Assembly (NCBI GenBank): GCA_963712745.1 | Contig: CAVQJC010000005.1 | Span: 288,001 to 352,000, forward strand | Length of the DNA: 64,000 bases | Direction: 5' to 3' | Source of the DNA: an uncultured Chloroflexia bacterium | Lineage (GTDB): Bacteria > Chloroflexota > Limnocylindria > Limnocylindrales > CSP1-4 | Shown: in pieces, positions 10,890 through 21,129 of the stretch | Position numbering within the stretch: position 1 is the first letter of the stretch | How the letters are laid out: the number at the start of each line of letters is the position of its first letter | The notes under the pieces: generated by a model | What the model saw: only the letters and a program-made list of their open reading frames with translations | What the model was told of the DNA's origin: nothing | Database searches by the model: none | Made by a program: the position numbers and the translations under genes

Positions 10890-11607
10890 GGCTTTCCCCT
10901 TTCCCTCGCCTTGAGCGAGCTACCCTGGTTGCGGGCCCGACCCGGCGCCGGGCACTTCCGCGCTGACTTCGATCCGGAGCGCCTTGATCGCTCCGGCGAG
11001 ATGAACGAACCCTGAGCAGGGTGAGCACGGTCACGCTGATGAGCACGACCCAGACGAAGACGACGGCGGCGCCGATAGCGAGGGGCATCACATCGGCCAG
11101 CGGCCGCAGTTGCGGGTCCACGATTCCGCCTCGTGGGACTTCTTCGGGGATGACCACGGTCTCGGCCGGGAAGACGACGTCATCCTCCACCTGCGACGAG
11201 GCCAGCGAGTCATTGCCGCTGTACGAGGCGGTCACCTTGTAGGTGTCCTCGCGAGGCACGATGGCCACGCGCGCGATCCCGGCGTTGTCCGTGGGCGCTC
11301 GGCCGATGGTCACCGTACGTCCACCGAAGACGTCCACCACACGCCGAATGCTCACGCGTTCGCCGACCACGGCAGAGCCGTCCTGTGCCAGCAGGCGAGC
11401 CGCCAGATAGTGGGGGATGCCCGTCATCGACGACGCCTCGAACGCGATGCTGAGCGACGTGGCCTCCTTCGCGGGGGGCGACTCTGGCGCATCCTCCTGG
11501 GCACCGGTGACATGGCCCACGAGCGCGACGCAGACGATGGCGAGCGCCAGCGCCGGCAGACCCTGATGCACGCGCCGAGCGACGAGTGAAGACGTCGGCC
11601 TTGCCAT
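10714..11607 (-). CDS. Exported protein with Ig-like domain and C-terminal membrane anchor; true 3' end probably near 10890
   Basis: Signal peptide, PTDNAGIARV..YKVTASYSG, C-terminal TM helix; as read, it overlaps the next gene by 176 bp, suggesting an indel. Confidence 0.65.
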   Translation of the reverse strand: MARPTSSLVARRVHQGLPALALAIVCVALVGHVTGAQEDAPESPPAKEATSLSIAFEASSMTGIPHYLAARLLAQDGSAVVGERVSIRRVVDVFGGRTVTIGRAPTDNAGIARVAIVPREDTYKVTASYSGNDSLASSQVEDDVVFPAETVVIPEEVPRGGIVDPQLRPLADVMPLAIGAAVVFVWVVLISVTVLTLLRVRSSRRSDQGAPDRSQRGSARRRVGPATRVARSRRGKGESHGFPTRPDEPDKAESRVPGGRARCDARAGCGTGSRPGRGSRRLAVHRRRHRLGPRQHS

Positions 11608-13019
11608 CACGCGGGGCGCTCCGTGGGCGCGGCCTGCGTCGTCTGCGCCGCCTGAGTCGCCTCGCGCGCACGCCGTTCCGCTTGTTCCCGCTCGATCTCG
11701 GTCGATCTCGAAGACCGACAGGACCGGGAAGACGCGGAAGAGGAGCATCACGATGAGGGGGATCCGGCGGCAGCGCCGATGACCACGAGCAGCTCGACCA
11801 GGCTGGGTGTATAGGACCCGGTGCCGCCACCGATCAGAGGCTGGGTCTGGGGCGGAACGGTGATGAGATAGCGCTTGACGAACATCGACACGATGACCAG
11901 CGTCGAGGCCACTGAGATCCCCACCGGGGTCCGCGTCCTCGGGATCGCGATGAGCAACACCGGCAGTACCAGCCCAAGTAGCACGAAGCCCCAGAAGAAG
12001 GGAGCGAACTCGTCGAGAACGAGGGCGAAGAGCACGCTCGCGTCAGCCGTCTCGCTGACGTAGCCCTCGGTGGTGACCTCGGTGAAGGTGGCGTACCCAT
12101 AGGCCACGGCGAGCGCGACGAGGATGTAGCCGAGGTTGCGGATGACACGGTCGTCGATCCAGCGACCAAGCCCGTACGCCATGCGATAGGACACGGCCGC
12201 GAGGATCACGACCGCGACGCCGGAGTAGATGGCGCCGATGACGAAGTACGGCCCAAAGATCGTGCTGTGCCAGCCGGGCCGGCTGGTGAGCGAGAACGCA
12301 TAGGAGAGGACCGTGTGGACGATGATCGCCAGCGGCACGATGAGGATGGCTACGATGGTCAACGCCCGTTCGAGGCTGAGGCGCTGCCGGTCGGTGCCAT
12401 TCCAGCCGAAGGACAGCCACCCGTAGAGCCGCCGCCGCCATCCACGGATGCCAGGGCGATCGCGCAGCATGCCCATGTCGGCGACAAGCGGCAACCCGAA
12501 GAGGACGAGTGTGGCCAGCAGATACGTGGAGATGGCCACCATGTCCCACACGATGGGACTGTTGATCTGCGGCCGGACCACGACCTCCCAGAGGCGCTCT
12601 GGCCGACCGACGTGGATGATCGGGAAGAGTGCGCCCATCAGCAGCGTCGCGAGAGCCGTGGCCTCGGCAATGCGCGAGACGCCTCCGCGCCACGGCACGC
12701 CGGTGAAGCGCAGGATGGCGGAAACGAGGGCGCCGCCGTAGCTGAAGCCGATGAACGTCACGAGCGTCGCGGTGTAGACACCCCAGAAGACCTGGTCGTT
12801 GAGGCCGGTCGTGCCGATGCCGTTGACGATCTGGTACCCGTAGGCCGCGACGCCGGTGAGTGCCAGCAAGATCAGCACCGACAGGTGCACCTTGAAGCCG
12901 ATACCCGCGCGGAGGGCGGGACGCATGGCAGCCTCGAAGAGCTCGTCGTCCGCGGGCTGCTCATCGACGCTCGCCGCTTCGGTCGGCCGGACGGTACCGG
13001 GGACGGGGTCTGCCATCAT
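11607..13019 (-). CDS. nrfD: NrfD/PsrC-family membrane quinol-interacting subunit; two compensating indels near 11760 and 11700
   Basis: VFWGVY, SRIAEA, HVGRPERLW, SPIVWDM, RPGWHSTIFGPYFVIGAIYSG; tail LLFRVFPVLSVFEI lies in a shifted frame; in-frame TGA overlaps the next ATG at 11607. Confidence 0.85.
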
Positions 13020-13873
13020 CAGTAGTCCAGGTCCTGCCCGTGGCCAGCCACGTAGTAGACGCGCGGTTCCGTGCCGAGGTGCTCTTTCAGCCGATAGACG
13101 TCGTGCTCGCGCAGGTACTGCGAGAGTCCGACGGTCTCGCGGCCGTTGGTCGCGACATCGGTCACGAGGTCACCGATGTAGACCGCTTCCATGCCGCACT
13201 TGCTGACACAGGCAGGCAGCTCCCCTTCCCTCGCGAGATGGGCGCAGTTGTCGCACTTGCCGACCGTCCCCTGCACCTGCGGGATCTGCAGTTCAGGCCC
13301 GTCATGTCGTGCCTCCGCGGGGACGTCAACCGGCTCATCCCAGTTGAAGGTCCGGACGCCATAGGGACACGCCGCCATGCACATGCGACAGCCGATGCAG
13401 ACGCTCTGGTCGATGGCGATCGGCCCATCCGCGGTGCGGTACGTGGCGGTGACCGGGCAGACCTGCACGCAGGGCGGCCGCTCGCACATCTGGCACATCA
13501 CCGGCAGGAAGTAGTCACCGCCGGACGCATCGGTCAGGCGATAGACCCGGATCCACTCCTGGTGGGCCGGCAGGAAGTGCTCGGTCTGGCAGGCGGTCGT
13601 GCATTCAGCGCAGCCGTCGCAGCGACGCAGATCGATGATGAAGACCCACTGGTGTTCTGCGCCTGGTCCGGTAGCCGGCAGATCACTGGCCCTGACGCGC
13701 TCGAGAAGGCCGAGCATGGTGGCCGCCTGACCGCCGGCGACGAGTGCGGCACCAACGGCCACGAGCTTCAGGAAGGTTCGCCGCTCCATGCCACTGGCGC
13801 CGTTGGGCCGGGGCGGAGGGGCAGTCAGCGGGACTTCACTCTGGACATTCGGAGGCGTCGTGTCGGTGTCCAT
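13019..13873 (-). CDS. Tat-exported 4Fe-4S dicluster protein (NrfC/DmsB family)
   Basis: RRTFLK twin-arginine signal; CDGCAECTTAC, CQMCERPPCVQVCP, CIGCRMCMAACPY, KCDNC...PACVSKC. Confidence 0.9.
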   Translation of the reverse strand: MDTDTTPPNVQSEVPLTAPPPRPNGASGMERRTFLKLVAVGAALVAGGQAATMLGLLERVRASDLPATGPGAEHQWVFIIDLRRCDGCAECTTACQTEHFLPAHQEWIRVYRLTDASGGDYFLPVMCQMCERPPCVQVCPVTATYRTADGPIAIDQSVCIGCRMCMAACPYGVRTFNWDEPVDVPAEARHDGPELQIPQVQGTVGKCDNCAHLAREGELPACVSKCGMEAVYIGDLVTDVATNGRETVGLSQYLREHDVYRLKEHLGTEPRVYYVAGHGQDLDY

Positions 13874-14061
13874 GACGATCGTCCGATGCTCGCTGCATCG
13901 ATGGGTCGCGCCAACCGTGTAAACCACGATGAGCAACAGCGAGAAGCCGAACCACCGGCTGCGGAACCCCGCAGCTTGGTGTTCGGTGGACCGCACGCAG
14001 AACGCGGGTTTTGCCGATACGGCGAGCCCACCAGCGGTGTAGGCTCCCGCGGGAGAGCCTC

Positions 14062-14733
14062 ATGAAAAGCCCACACGAGCCGATCAGCGTCCTGCTCGCC
14101 GATGATCACGCCCTTGTGCGCGAGGGGACGCGACAAATGCTCGAACGGCACGCCGAGATCACCGTCGTGGGCGAGGCGGTGGACGGCGAGACGGCTATCG
14201 AGATGGTCAGGGATCTCCGACCCGACGTGCTGGTGCTCGACATGAGCATGCCCGTCGCCAATGGGGTGGAGGTCACCACGGTCGTGCGCTCCGCTCCGGA
14301 CCCTCCCCAGGTCCTGATCCTGAGCGCATATGACGACGGCGACTACGCCTCGGCGGCGCTGCGGGCCGGAGCCTCGGGATATCTGCTCAAGACCGCCGGT
14401 GGTGAAGACCTGTACGCGGCCATCCTGGCCGTGGCGCGAGGCGAAGTCGTGCTCCACCCCACGATCGCGGCGCGGGTGCTCGAATCACACCCCGGCCATG
14501 AGCACGACCACGTCATGACCCTCTCCGAGCGCGAGCTGGAAGTCCTGAGCCACGCCTCACGGGGGCTCAGGACCGCGGACATCGCCGATGAGCTTTCGGT
14601 GAGCTCACGAACGGTCGAGAGTCACTTCACGAGCATCTTCAACAAGCTCGGCGTGGCCAACCGAACGGCAGCAGTCCTGCATGCCGCATCGCAGGGCTGG
14701 ATCGCGACCGATCGTGCCGATCGTGACGGGTGA
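14062..14733 (+). CDS. NarL/LuxR-family response regulator
   Basis: LADDHALVREG, VLDMSMP, GYLLK, LSERELEVL...TVESH HTH. Confidence 0.92.
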   Translation: MKSPHEPISVLLADDHALVREGTRQMLERHAEITVVGEAVDGETAIEMVRDLRPDVLVLDMSMPVANGVEVTTVVRSAPDPPQVLILSAYDDGDYASAALRAGASGYLLKTAGGEDLYAAILAVARGEVVLHPTIAARVLESHPGHEHDHVMTLSERELEVLSHASRGLRTADIADELSVSSRTVESHFTSIFNKLGVANRTAAVLHAASQGWIATDRADRDG

Positions 14734-14782
14734 ACGCGTAGGGCCGCAGCTGGAGGGGACGGGCGAGCGCGAGGCGCCGCGT

Positions 14783-16201
14783 ATGACCGCGACACGCGCT
14801 CAACTGAGATCGTGGCTACCTCCCATCGAGGACCGCCGCTTCTGGCTCGTGCAGGTCCTGGTGGTGCTGGTCGCGGTGCTGCACACAGTGGTGGAGTACG
14901 GAGAGGCCCTGGACGCCCACAGCCCGATCTACCTGCTGCCCACGACGCTCTTCCTCATCCCGGTCCTCTACGCAGCGGTGACCTTCGGGCGCCGTGGAGC
15001 CATCCTCACGGCCGTCTGGGCTGCAGTCCTGGTGCTGCCCAATATCTCCGTCCTGCATGATCCCGTGGAGGCCGTGGGCGAGCTCACGCAGGTCGCATGG
15101 ATCACGGTGGTCGCCATGTTCGTCGGTGGAAGGGTGGAGCGCGAGCGCCGCGCCCGACACGTGGCCGAGTTCAGAGAGGAACGTCGACGAGATTCGGAGG
15201 AGCGCTACCGGGCGATCGTCAACAACGTCGGCGAGCCCATCGTGATCCTCGACGCCGATCAGAACGTCATCGAGGCCAACGACGCGGCCACGGCGCTGTT
15301 CGGGCAGGGTGACCTGACCATCCGGGGCGGCCGACTGCATGGCGAAGCCGGTGAGGCCATGCAAGCGCTCCTGGGCGCCGCCGGGGATGAGCCTCCGGCG
15401 TCGCGCATCCAGCTTGGTCAGCCGCAGCGCTGGTACGAGCCGGTCGCCTACGCAAGCACGGACGCCAGGGGTGCTTCGACCACGCAGATCCTGCTCGTTG
15501 ACGTGACCGACAGCACCGAGCGCGAGCAGGGCCTCGAGAGTATCGCGCGCCGCACCATCGCGACGCGCGAGGAAGAGCAGCGGCGCATCTCGCGCGAGCT
15601 CCACGACGGACCCCTCCAGCTGCTCATGACGCTGTGGCGAAACCTCGACTCGATGACGCTCGAGGCAGAGGACCCGCTTCGCGGAGACCTGGTGCGCGCA
15701 CGCGGAACGACCGAAGACGTGGCCGACCAGCTGCGACGCTTCAGCCGCGATCTCCGACCCTCGATCCTGGACGACCTGGGCATCGCAGCAGCGCTGCGGT
15801 CCGAGGCCGAGCGGATGGCCGCCGAGTCGTCGCTCGACGTCCGGGTCGAGATCATCGGCAAACCGCGTCGCTTGGGCTCCGATCCCGAAATCGCACTGCT
15901 GCGGATCGCCCAGGAGGCGCTCCGCAATGTCGTCCGGCATTCGGGAGCCTCGAAGGCCACGGTGACCCTCCATTTCGGCCAATCAGACGTGTACATGAAT
16001 GTCGCGGACGACGGAGTCGGCCTCGAGTCCATGCCGACACCATCGGAGTTGCTACGCGGCAGCCACCTCGGCCTCATCGGGATGCAGGAGCGCGCGCGGA
16101 TGGTGGGCGGCTCCGTCCGGTTCGCTCAAGCTGCCCTCGGCGGCCTGGAGGTCGTCGTCGAGCTCCGCGACCAGGGTCGAACAGCAATCCACCACGCCTA
16201 G
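14783..16201 (+). CDS. Membrane PAS sensor histidine kinase (HisKA_3)
   Basis: TM helices, PAS-like region, EEQRRISRELHDG, QEALRNVVRHS, DDGVG, GLIGMQER. Confidence 0.9.
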   Translation: MTATRAQLRSWLPPIEDRRFWLVQVLVVLVAVLHTVVEYGEALDAHSPIYLLPTTLFLIPVLYAAVTFGRRGAILTAVWAAVLVLPNISVLHDPVEAVGELTQVAWITVVAMFVGGRVERERRARHVAEFREERRRDSEERYRAIVNNVGEPIVILDADQNVIEANDAATALFGQGDLTIRGGRLHGEAGEAMQALLGAAGDEPPASRIQLGQPQRWYEPVAYASTDARGASTTQILLVDVTDSTEREQGLESIARRTIATREEEQRRISRELHDGPLQLLMTLWRNLDSMTLEAEDPLRGDLVRARGTTEDVADQLRRFSRDLRPSILDDLGIAAALRSEAERMAAESSLDVRVEIIGKPRRLGSDPEIALLRIAQEALRNVVRHSGASKATVTLHFGQSDVYMNVADDGVGLESMPTPSELLRGSHLGLIGMQERARMVGGSVRFAQAALGGLEVVVELRDQGRTAIHHA

Positions 16202-16424
16202 TGTCTCGTGCCGCTATTGTCTAGCGGCATAGGGCTGGGTCCGCCACGGTCGGGGCATGGCTCAAGCACCTGCCCCACCACTGTCCGTCCCCGAGGCCGA
16301 CAAGGCCGTCCTCGAGGCCGTCATCCGGGCACCCACGAGCGAGCAGCGTCTCGTGACCTGCGCCCACATCGTGCTGCGTTCGGCCGAGGGCATCGCGATG
16401 GAGCACGTCGCGCGCGAGCTGGGC
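16199..16424 (+). mobile_element. IS630-family remnant (left end and transposase N-terminus only)
   Basis: ATG 16257 gives MAQAPAPPLSVPEADKAVLEAVIRAPTSEQRLVTCAHIVLRSAEGIAMEHVARELG; begins at a CTAG/TA site. Confidence 0.6.
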
Positions 16425-16488
16425 GCTCACCACTGACCTTCACGGCCTGCTCGAGGAGTCGAGGGTCGATATCGAGGTTCGTCGCCAT
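16421..16488 (-). pseudogene. vapB: Truncated second vapB copy
   Basis: MATNLDIDPRLLEQAVKVSGER; 16422-16555 is a diverged copy of 8502-8636. Confidence 0.8.
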
Positions 16489-16539
16489 GTGCGGATCGGC
16501 GCACAACGCTGCACGATGGCCACGCCTCAATCCGGGGCG

Positions 16540-16570
16540 TCCTCGCGATCCGTAGGCAGCAGGTCCTCGG
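16540..16570 (+). repeat. Decayed att core
   Basis: TCCTCGCGA-TCCGTAG-GCAGCAGGTCCTCGG. Confidence 0.65.
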
Positions 16571-16676
16571 GCACGAGCCGACCTACTGGAACGGCCTGCG
16601 GACGCTGGAGGCGGCCGGCTGGCCGGAAGCCGACGGGTCGAAGGTTCACGGTGGCCTGGCGGCAACGTCCTCTACA

Positions 16677-16721
16677 TTCGTAAACAGCAGGTCCTCGGTT
16701 CAAATCCGAGTGTCGGCTCCA
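16677..16721 (+). repeat. att copy 1: tRNA-Thr 3' 45 bp, identical
   Basis: Matches 7896-7940; CGACCCCT/TGACCCCT pair at 16780 and 16792. Confidence 0.95.
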
Positions 16722-16849
16722 CTCTCTCACGCGTGAAACCGGCCGATGTCGGGGTGTGTGCGGCTGCCTGCGCGCGGCCCGACCCCTACGCTGACCCCTG
16801 GAAGTCAAGCTTGCGAATCCTGCGAGTGGCCCTGGAGTTGCACGCTCCC

Positions 16850-17285
16850 GTAGGACCTGCTCCCAACGAATCCATTGCCCCTTTGGCTCCTGCGAATTCG
16901 GCATGTGTGCTGCCTTCGGGTCGCCTGTTGGAGGAACGAGCGGTGACTGGTATGGGTTGTCCGGGGAGCCACCCGCGATTGGATCGTAGGCCTGGAGTAT
17001 GGAGTCAGCAGTCTGGAACGCGCCGTGGCGTCGGAGTTCCCGTTGGCGAATGGAGCTGAAGGACTGCAGCATGTGTTCGGCCTGTGCGCGGCCGAGGCCG
17101 TAAAGCCTGAACAAAGCCGCGTCCAGCTCGGCCCGAGGGCTCTTCGACGGTCGGAATTCCAGATGAATGGCGGCCTGGACCAGCCAAGGGCCAAGGCGAA
17201 GTGGCGGAGCGACTTCGATGTGTACACGAGCTCCGCTACGTACGGTCTGATGAAGTCGCGGAGTGGCTCACCACTCCCGAGATCC
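16850..17285 (-). pseudogene. C-terminal remnant of a large Eco57I-like/type IIG DNA methyltransferase
   Basis: FIRPYVAELVYTS...PPFIWNSDRRRAL then, in a shifted frame, ELDAALFRLYGL...HMLQSFSSIRQRELRRHGAFQTADSILQAYD; recalled family resemblance, no 5' part. Confidence 0.55.
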
Positions 17286-17419
17286 GCTTCTCGGCTCGAG
17301 GCCGAACGGTTCGAACCCTCGCAAAGGCCAGGCACGCAGCGCACCATCTGGCCCGATCCCAGCCTCGAGGAGGTGGCGGTCATCGGCGAACGCGGCGCAG
17401 CGCAGCACCACCGGCTCAC

Positions 17420-19843
17420 CTAGTCGAGCGGCAGGTCGAGTTGCCAGATCTCCATCTCGACGTTGGTCTGCAGGCGCGTGGACTGTGCCTCATCGCCCAT
17501 GCTGACGGTGTAGGCCGAGTCGGTCATGCCCGAGCTTCGGGCGTGAGGGTTGACCCTTGTGAGGTCCACGTCCTGGGTCGCCGAGGCTTCGGACGTCCAT
17601 GCGTCGAGGTGCGCGTCCATCAGGTCCGGCAGGGCCTCGAGGGTCATCGGCTGGGGCTCGGCGTCCATGCGCGTGTCCGACAGGAGCCTGATCCTCGAGT
17701 CGTCGATGATCTCGCCCAGCGTGACCGTCGTGGTTCCCTGAGCGACGAAGCCCAGACCACCGGGTGTCACCGTGGACACCTCCCACTGGGCACCTGCGCC
17801 AACCGGGTCGATCGGCAGTGGGCTGACGAAGTCCTTGCTCATAGCGTCGAACTGACCTGCCGTCAGCAAGCCGCCGAGGGCGTCCGCCGGCGATGACGTC
17901 TCAGCGGAGAGGACCCGACCCCGATCGTCGATCAGCAGCATCTGCCTGGTGCCTACGAACGACGACAGCTGTGACTCCATCTCTTCGAGCTGGTTCGCCG
18001 AGAGCTGCGCCGACCCTTTCGGCACGCTGATGTCGGTATAGAGCAACGCGACCTCCCAGGTGCCAGCGCCGACGGCGGCAGACACCGTGGACGTTACGGC
18101 GAACCGGATGGCCGGAGCCGCCACCCAGGGGGTCCACACCCCGTCAACGAGCGCACGGGTCCCCTGCCGCAGCTCCATGGCAACGTCCTCGACCAGCCCT
18201 TCTGTCCAGGCGTATCGCAGCTGGCGCCTCGGCTCGACACCGGGATCGAGCACCGTGACCTCTGTCACGCCAGCGTCTCCCCGACTCGGCGGTTCGTCGG
18301 CCGGCGCCGGGGAAGCTGGGCCGTCGCCCGGCGACGAAACGGCGACCTCGATCTCCTCGATAGGCGGTAGGGACAGCCAATCCTCGTGGCTCAGATCGTC
18401 GGGCATGCCGACCTGCGCGGAGCGGGTCTGCATCGCGAACGAGGAAGTAGCTCCGTCCTGCACGGCCGTGAAGTCCACCCTCACGCCATCGGTCGTGGAG
18501 GTCGCCTGGGCGAGTCGGGCGATGTCGATGCGGGTCCGGCCGCTGCCCTCGCCGCTCATCGCCATCGAGGTTTCGGCATCGGGCAGCCACTCTGGGGAAG
18601 TGGTCGGCTGCATCGGCGCCACGAACGCCGCCTCGGTGAGGATCCTATGCACGTTGCTGCCCTCGGTCCCGATGAGCGTCTTGGTGTAGGTCGCGATGCC
18701 GGCGGGAGCTTCGCCCGTATCGGTGACGACCTCCTGCCACACGCCGCCCTCGCCGATCGGCGCCGTTGGCAGCCTGGGAGCGAGATGCCTGATATTCCCC
18801 TTGACCAGGTCCCTGACACGATGGAGTCCGGACGTGTCCTCGACGGGGTCGATAACAAGCGATCCGAGCAAGTACCCCTGGTCGTCGAGCCGCTCTACTA
18901 GCCGCAGGCCGACGAGGGTCTGGATGTCTTCGTGAAGGCGTCGCTCGTCGTCGTCGATCGCCTTCGGTGAGATCAGCTCAGCGCCCTCCACCACGGTCTC
19001 GATCAGGGCCGTGCCATTCGCGTCGATCTCCACCACGGTGATCGACAGGTACACACGCAGAGGGATGGCACGCTCGGAAGGAACGATAAGGTCTTCCATG
19101 CGCATGGCCGCCGCCTCCCACATGTCGACCACCATCGAGTCGGTCTGTCCCGTGGTCCAGCGGTATCGGAGCTCTCGCCGCGGGGCCAGACCTGGGTCGA
19201 TGACGTGCGCCGTCACCCTGTAAGTCGGTACCTCCAGGTTGGCCGGTGCACCGCTCAACTCGAACGTGTCGGCGATGGAATGCCAGGAGTCTTCTGGCAG
19301 CTGGTTTCCGTAGCAGGTCAGCCAGAAGATCCCATCCGGCGTGTCCAGATCGAACCCTGAGCTGAAGCCGGGGCCGCCGTCCTCGTCATGGCGCCAATCC
19401 GTTCGTATCGCGTCGAGCCCAGCGACAGCTTCGCGTACCACCGCGAGACGCTCACGTCTCGGACCTCCCGTCGACCCGATCTGCTCCGCTTCAATCCGAT
19501 CCAAGTCGATGTTCCAAGACTCTGGGTACCTACCCACGCTGCAGCTCTGGCCCATCAGGTCGTACGCGATGAGCAGGGCTGGGCTCGAGTCTGGGTCGGC
19601 GGCGGGGTCCAGGTCGCGGATCTCGGTGGTCCACGAAGCCGGGAACGACAGTGCGATGCCAGCCTCGGCAACTTCTACCCGGGTGCTGTCCTCGGACTGG
19701 TCGGTCCCTTCCGCCCCTTTGGCTCCGGAACCACCGATGGCCAGGCACCCGACTGCCACCGCGATAGCGAACGTGCGACGTAGCACCCCCTGCCCTCCTA
19801 GCAGCACTGGCCCAAACATCCGGTTGGAGGGGGCAGTGGTCAA
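17420..19843 (-). CDS. Large exported protein with two homologous domains; start uncertain
   Basis: Signal-like N-terminus; repeats DPGLAPRRELRYRW / DPGVEPRRQLRYAW and LPTAPIGEGGVW / LPIDPVGAGAQW. Confidence 0.75.
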   Translation of the reverse strand: MTTAPSNRMFGPVLLGGQGVLRRTFAIAVAVGCLAIGGSGAKGAEGTDQSEDSTRVEVAEAGIALSFPASWTTEIRDLDPAADPDSSPALLIAYDLMGQSCSVGRYPESWNIDLDRIEAEQIGSTGGPRRERLAVVREAVAGLDAIRTDWRHDEDGGPGFSSGFDLDTPDGIFWLTCYGNQLPEDSWHSIADTFELSGAPANLEVPTYRVTAHVIDPGLAPRRELRYRWTTGQTDSMVVDMWEAAAMRMEDLIVPSERAIPLRVYLSITVVEIDANGTALIETVVEGAELISPKAIDDDERRLHEDIQTLVGLRLVERLDDQGYLLGSLVIDPVEDTSGLHRVRDLVKGNIRHLAPRLPTAPIGEGGVWQEVVTDTGEAPAGIATYTKTLIGTEGSNVHRILTEAAFVAPMQPTTSPEWLPDAETSMAMSGEGSGRTRIDIARLAQATSTTDGVRVDFTAVQDGATSSFAMQTRSAQVGMPDDLSHEDWLSLPPIEEIEVAVSSPGDGPASPAPADEPPSRGDAGVTEVTVLDPGVEPRRQLRYAWTEGLVEDVAMELRQGTRALVDGVWTPWVAAPAIRFAVTSTVSAAVGAGTWEVALLYTDISVPKGSAQLSANQLEEMESQLSSFVGTRQMLLIDDRGRVLSAETSSPADALGGLLTAGQFDAMSKDFVSPLPIDPVGAGAQWEVSTVTPGGLGFVAQGTTTVTLGEIIDDSRIRLLSDTRMDAEPQPMTLEALPDLMDAHLDAWTSEASATQDVDLTRVNPHARSSGMTDSAYTVSMGDEAQSTRLQTNVEMEIWQLDLPLD

Positions 19844-20049
19844 GGGCCGGTCGGCACACGTACTGGGGCCGGCTAGCGACGCTGGTCGGACTCCTGGACC
19901 GAACGAGGGCCTTCCTGGATTCTTCTAGAGCCCCAAGTCCGACAGGCCCGGAACGTCATCGGGCCGGCGACCAGTTGGCCACCGATAGCTCGTCGGCGAG
20001 TTGGCGCAGCGCCGGCTCAGCGTGGCCTCCACAAGTGCGTCGGGTCCGG

Positions 20050-21072
20050 CTACCGCCAGCCAAGCTCCGGGGCCACGTATCTGAGGATGCTCTCGATGGC
20101 GTGGGTGTTGTACTCGACGCCGAGCTGGTTCGGGACCGTCAGGAGGAGAGTGTCAGCCGCCTGGATCGCTGTGTCTCCGGCGAGCTCCTTGGCGAGGACG
20201 TCGGGCTCTGCGGCATACGAACGCCCGAAGATCGCCTTGGTCTGCGCGTCGATGTAGCCGACCTGATCCGACCCTTGGTTGCTCCGCCCGAAATAGACCC
20301 GATCGCGGTCGTCGATGAGCGCGAAGATGCTCCGACTGACCGACACCCGTGGCTCGCGCTCATGCCCGGCCGCGGCCCACGCCTCGTGGAACAGCCGGAT
20401 CTGCTCGGCCTGCAACTCGTGGAACGGCACACCCGCGTCTTCGGTCATCAGCGTCGACGACATCAGGTTCAAGCCCTGCTGGGCCGTCCATTCCGCGGTC
20501 GCGCGCGATCCAGCGCCCCACCAAATCCGGTCGCGGAGCCCGGGCGAGTGTGGCTCGGGGCGGAGCAATCCCGGCGGGTTCGGGAACATCGGGGACGGGT
20601 TCGGCTCGGCGAACCCGACGCCGGAGAGGGCCTCGAGGAAGACCTCGGTGTGCTGGCGGGCCATGTCAGCGTCGGTCCCGCCTTCGGTCGGCACGTAGCC
20701 GAAATGTCGGAAACCATCGATGACCTGCTCGGGTGATCCGCGGCTGATCCCGAGCTGTAGGCGACCTCCCGCGATGAGGTCGGCGGCACCGGAATCTTCG
20801 ACCATGTAGAGCGGGTTCTCGTAGCGCATGTCGATGACGGCCGTCCCGATCTCGATGCGCTTCGTTCGGGCGCCGATCGCCGCCAGCAGCGGAAAGGGCG
20901 ACGCGAGTTGCTGCGCGAAGTGGTGGACGCGGAAATACGCGCCGTCCGCACCGAGGCCCTCGACCGCCTCGGCGAGCTCGATCGACTGGATCAGCGCGTC
21001 CGACGCCGAACGCACCTTCGAGTGGGGCGCTGCCGACCAGTGCCCGAACGAGAGGAACCCCAGCTTCTTCAT
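20050..21072 (-). CDS. LLM-class (luciferase-like) flavin-dependent oxidoreductase
   Basis: GFLSFGHW, YFRVHHFA, IEIGTAVIDMRYENP, GISRGSPE. Confidence 0.92.
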   Translation of the reverse strand: MKKLGFLSFGHWSAAPHSKVRSASDALIQSIELAEAVEGLGADGAYFRVHHFAQQLASPFPLLAAIGARTKRIEIGTAVIDMRYENPLYMVEDSGAADLIAGGRLQLGISRGSPEQVIDGFRHFGYVPTEGGTDADMARQHTEVFLEALSGVGFAEPNPSPMFPNPPGLLRPEPHSPGLRDRIWWGAGSRATAEWTAQQGLNLMSSTLMTEDAGVPFHELQAEQIRLFHEAWAAAGHEREPRVSVSRSIFALIDDRDRVYFGRSNQGSDQVGYIDAQTKAIFGRSYAAEPDVLAKELAGDTAIQAADTLLLTVPNQLGVEYNTHAIESILRYVAPELGWR

Positions 21073-21129
21073 CCAGGGATTCTATGGGTGACGGCCGTGA
21101 CCCGCGCCGGGCTGCTGTCTCGCCGGTCA

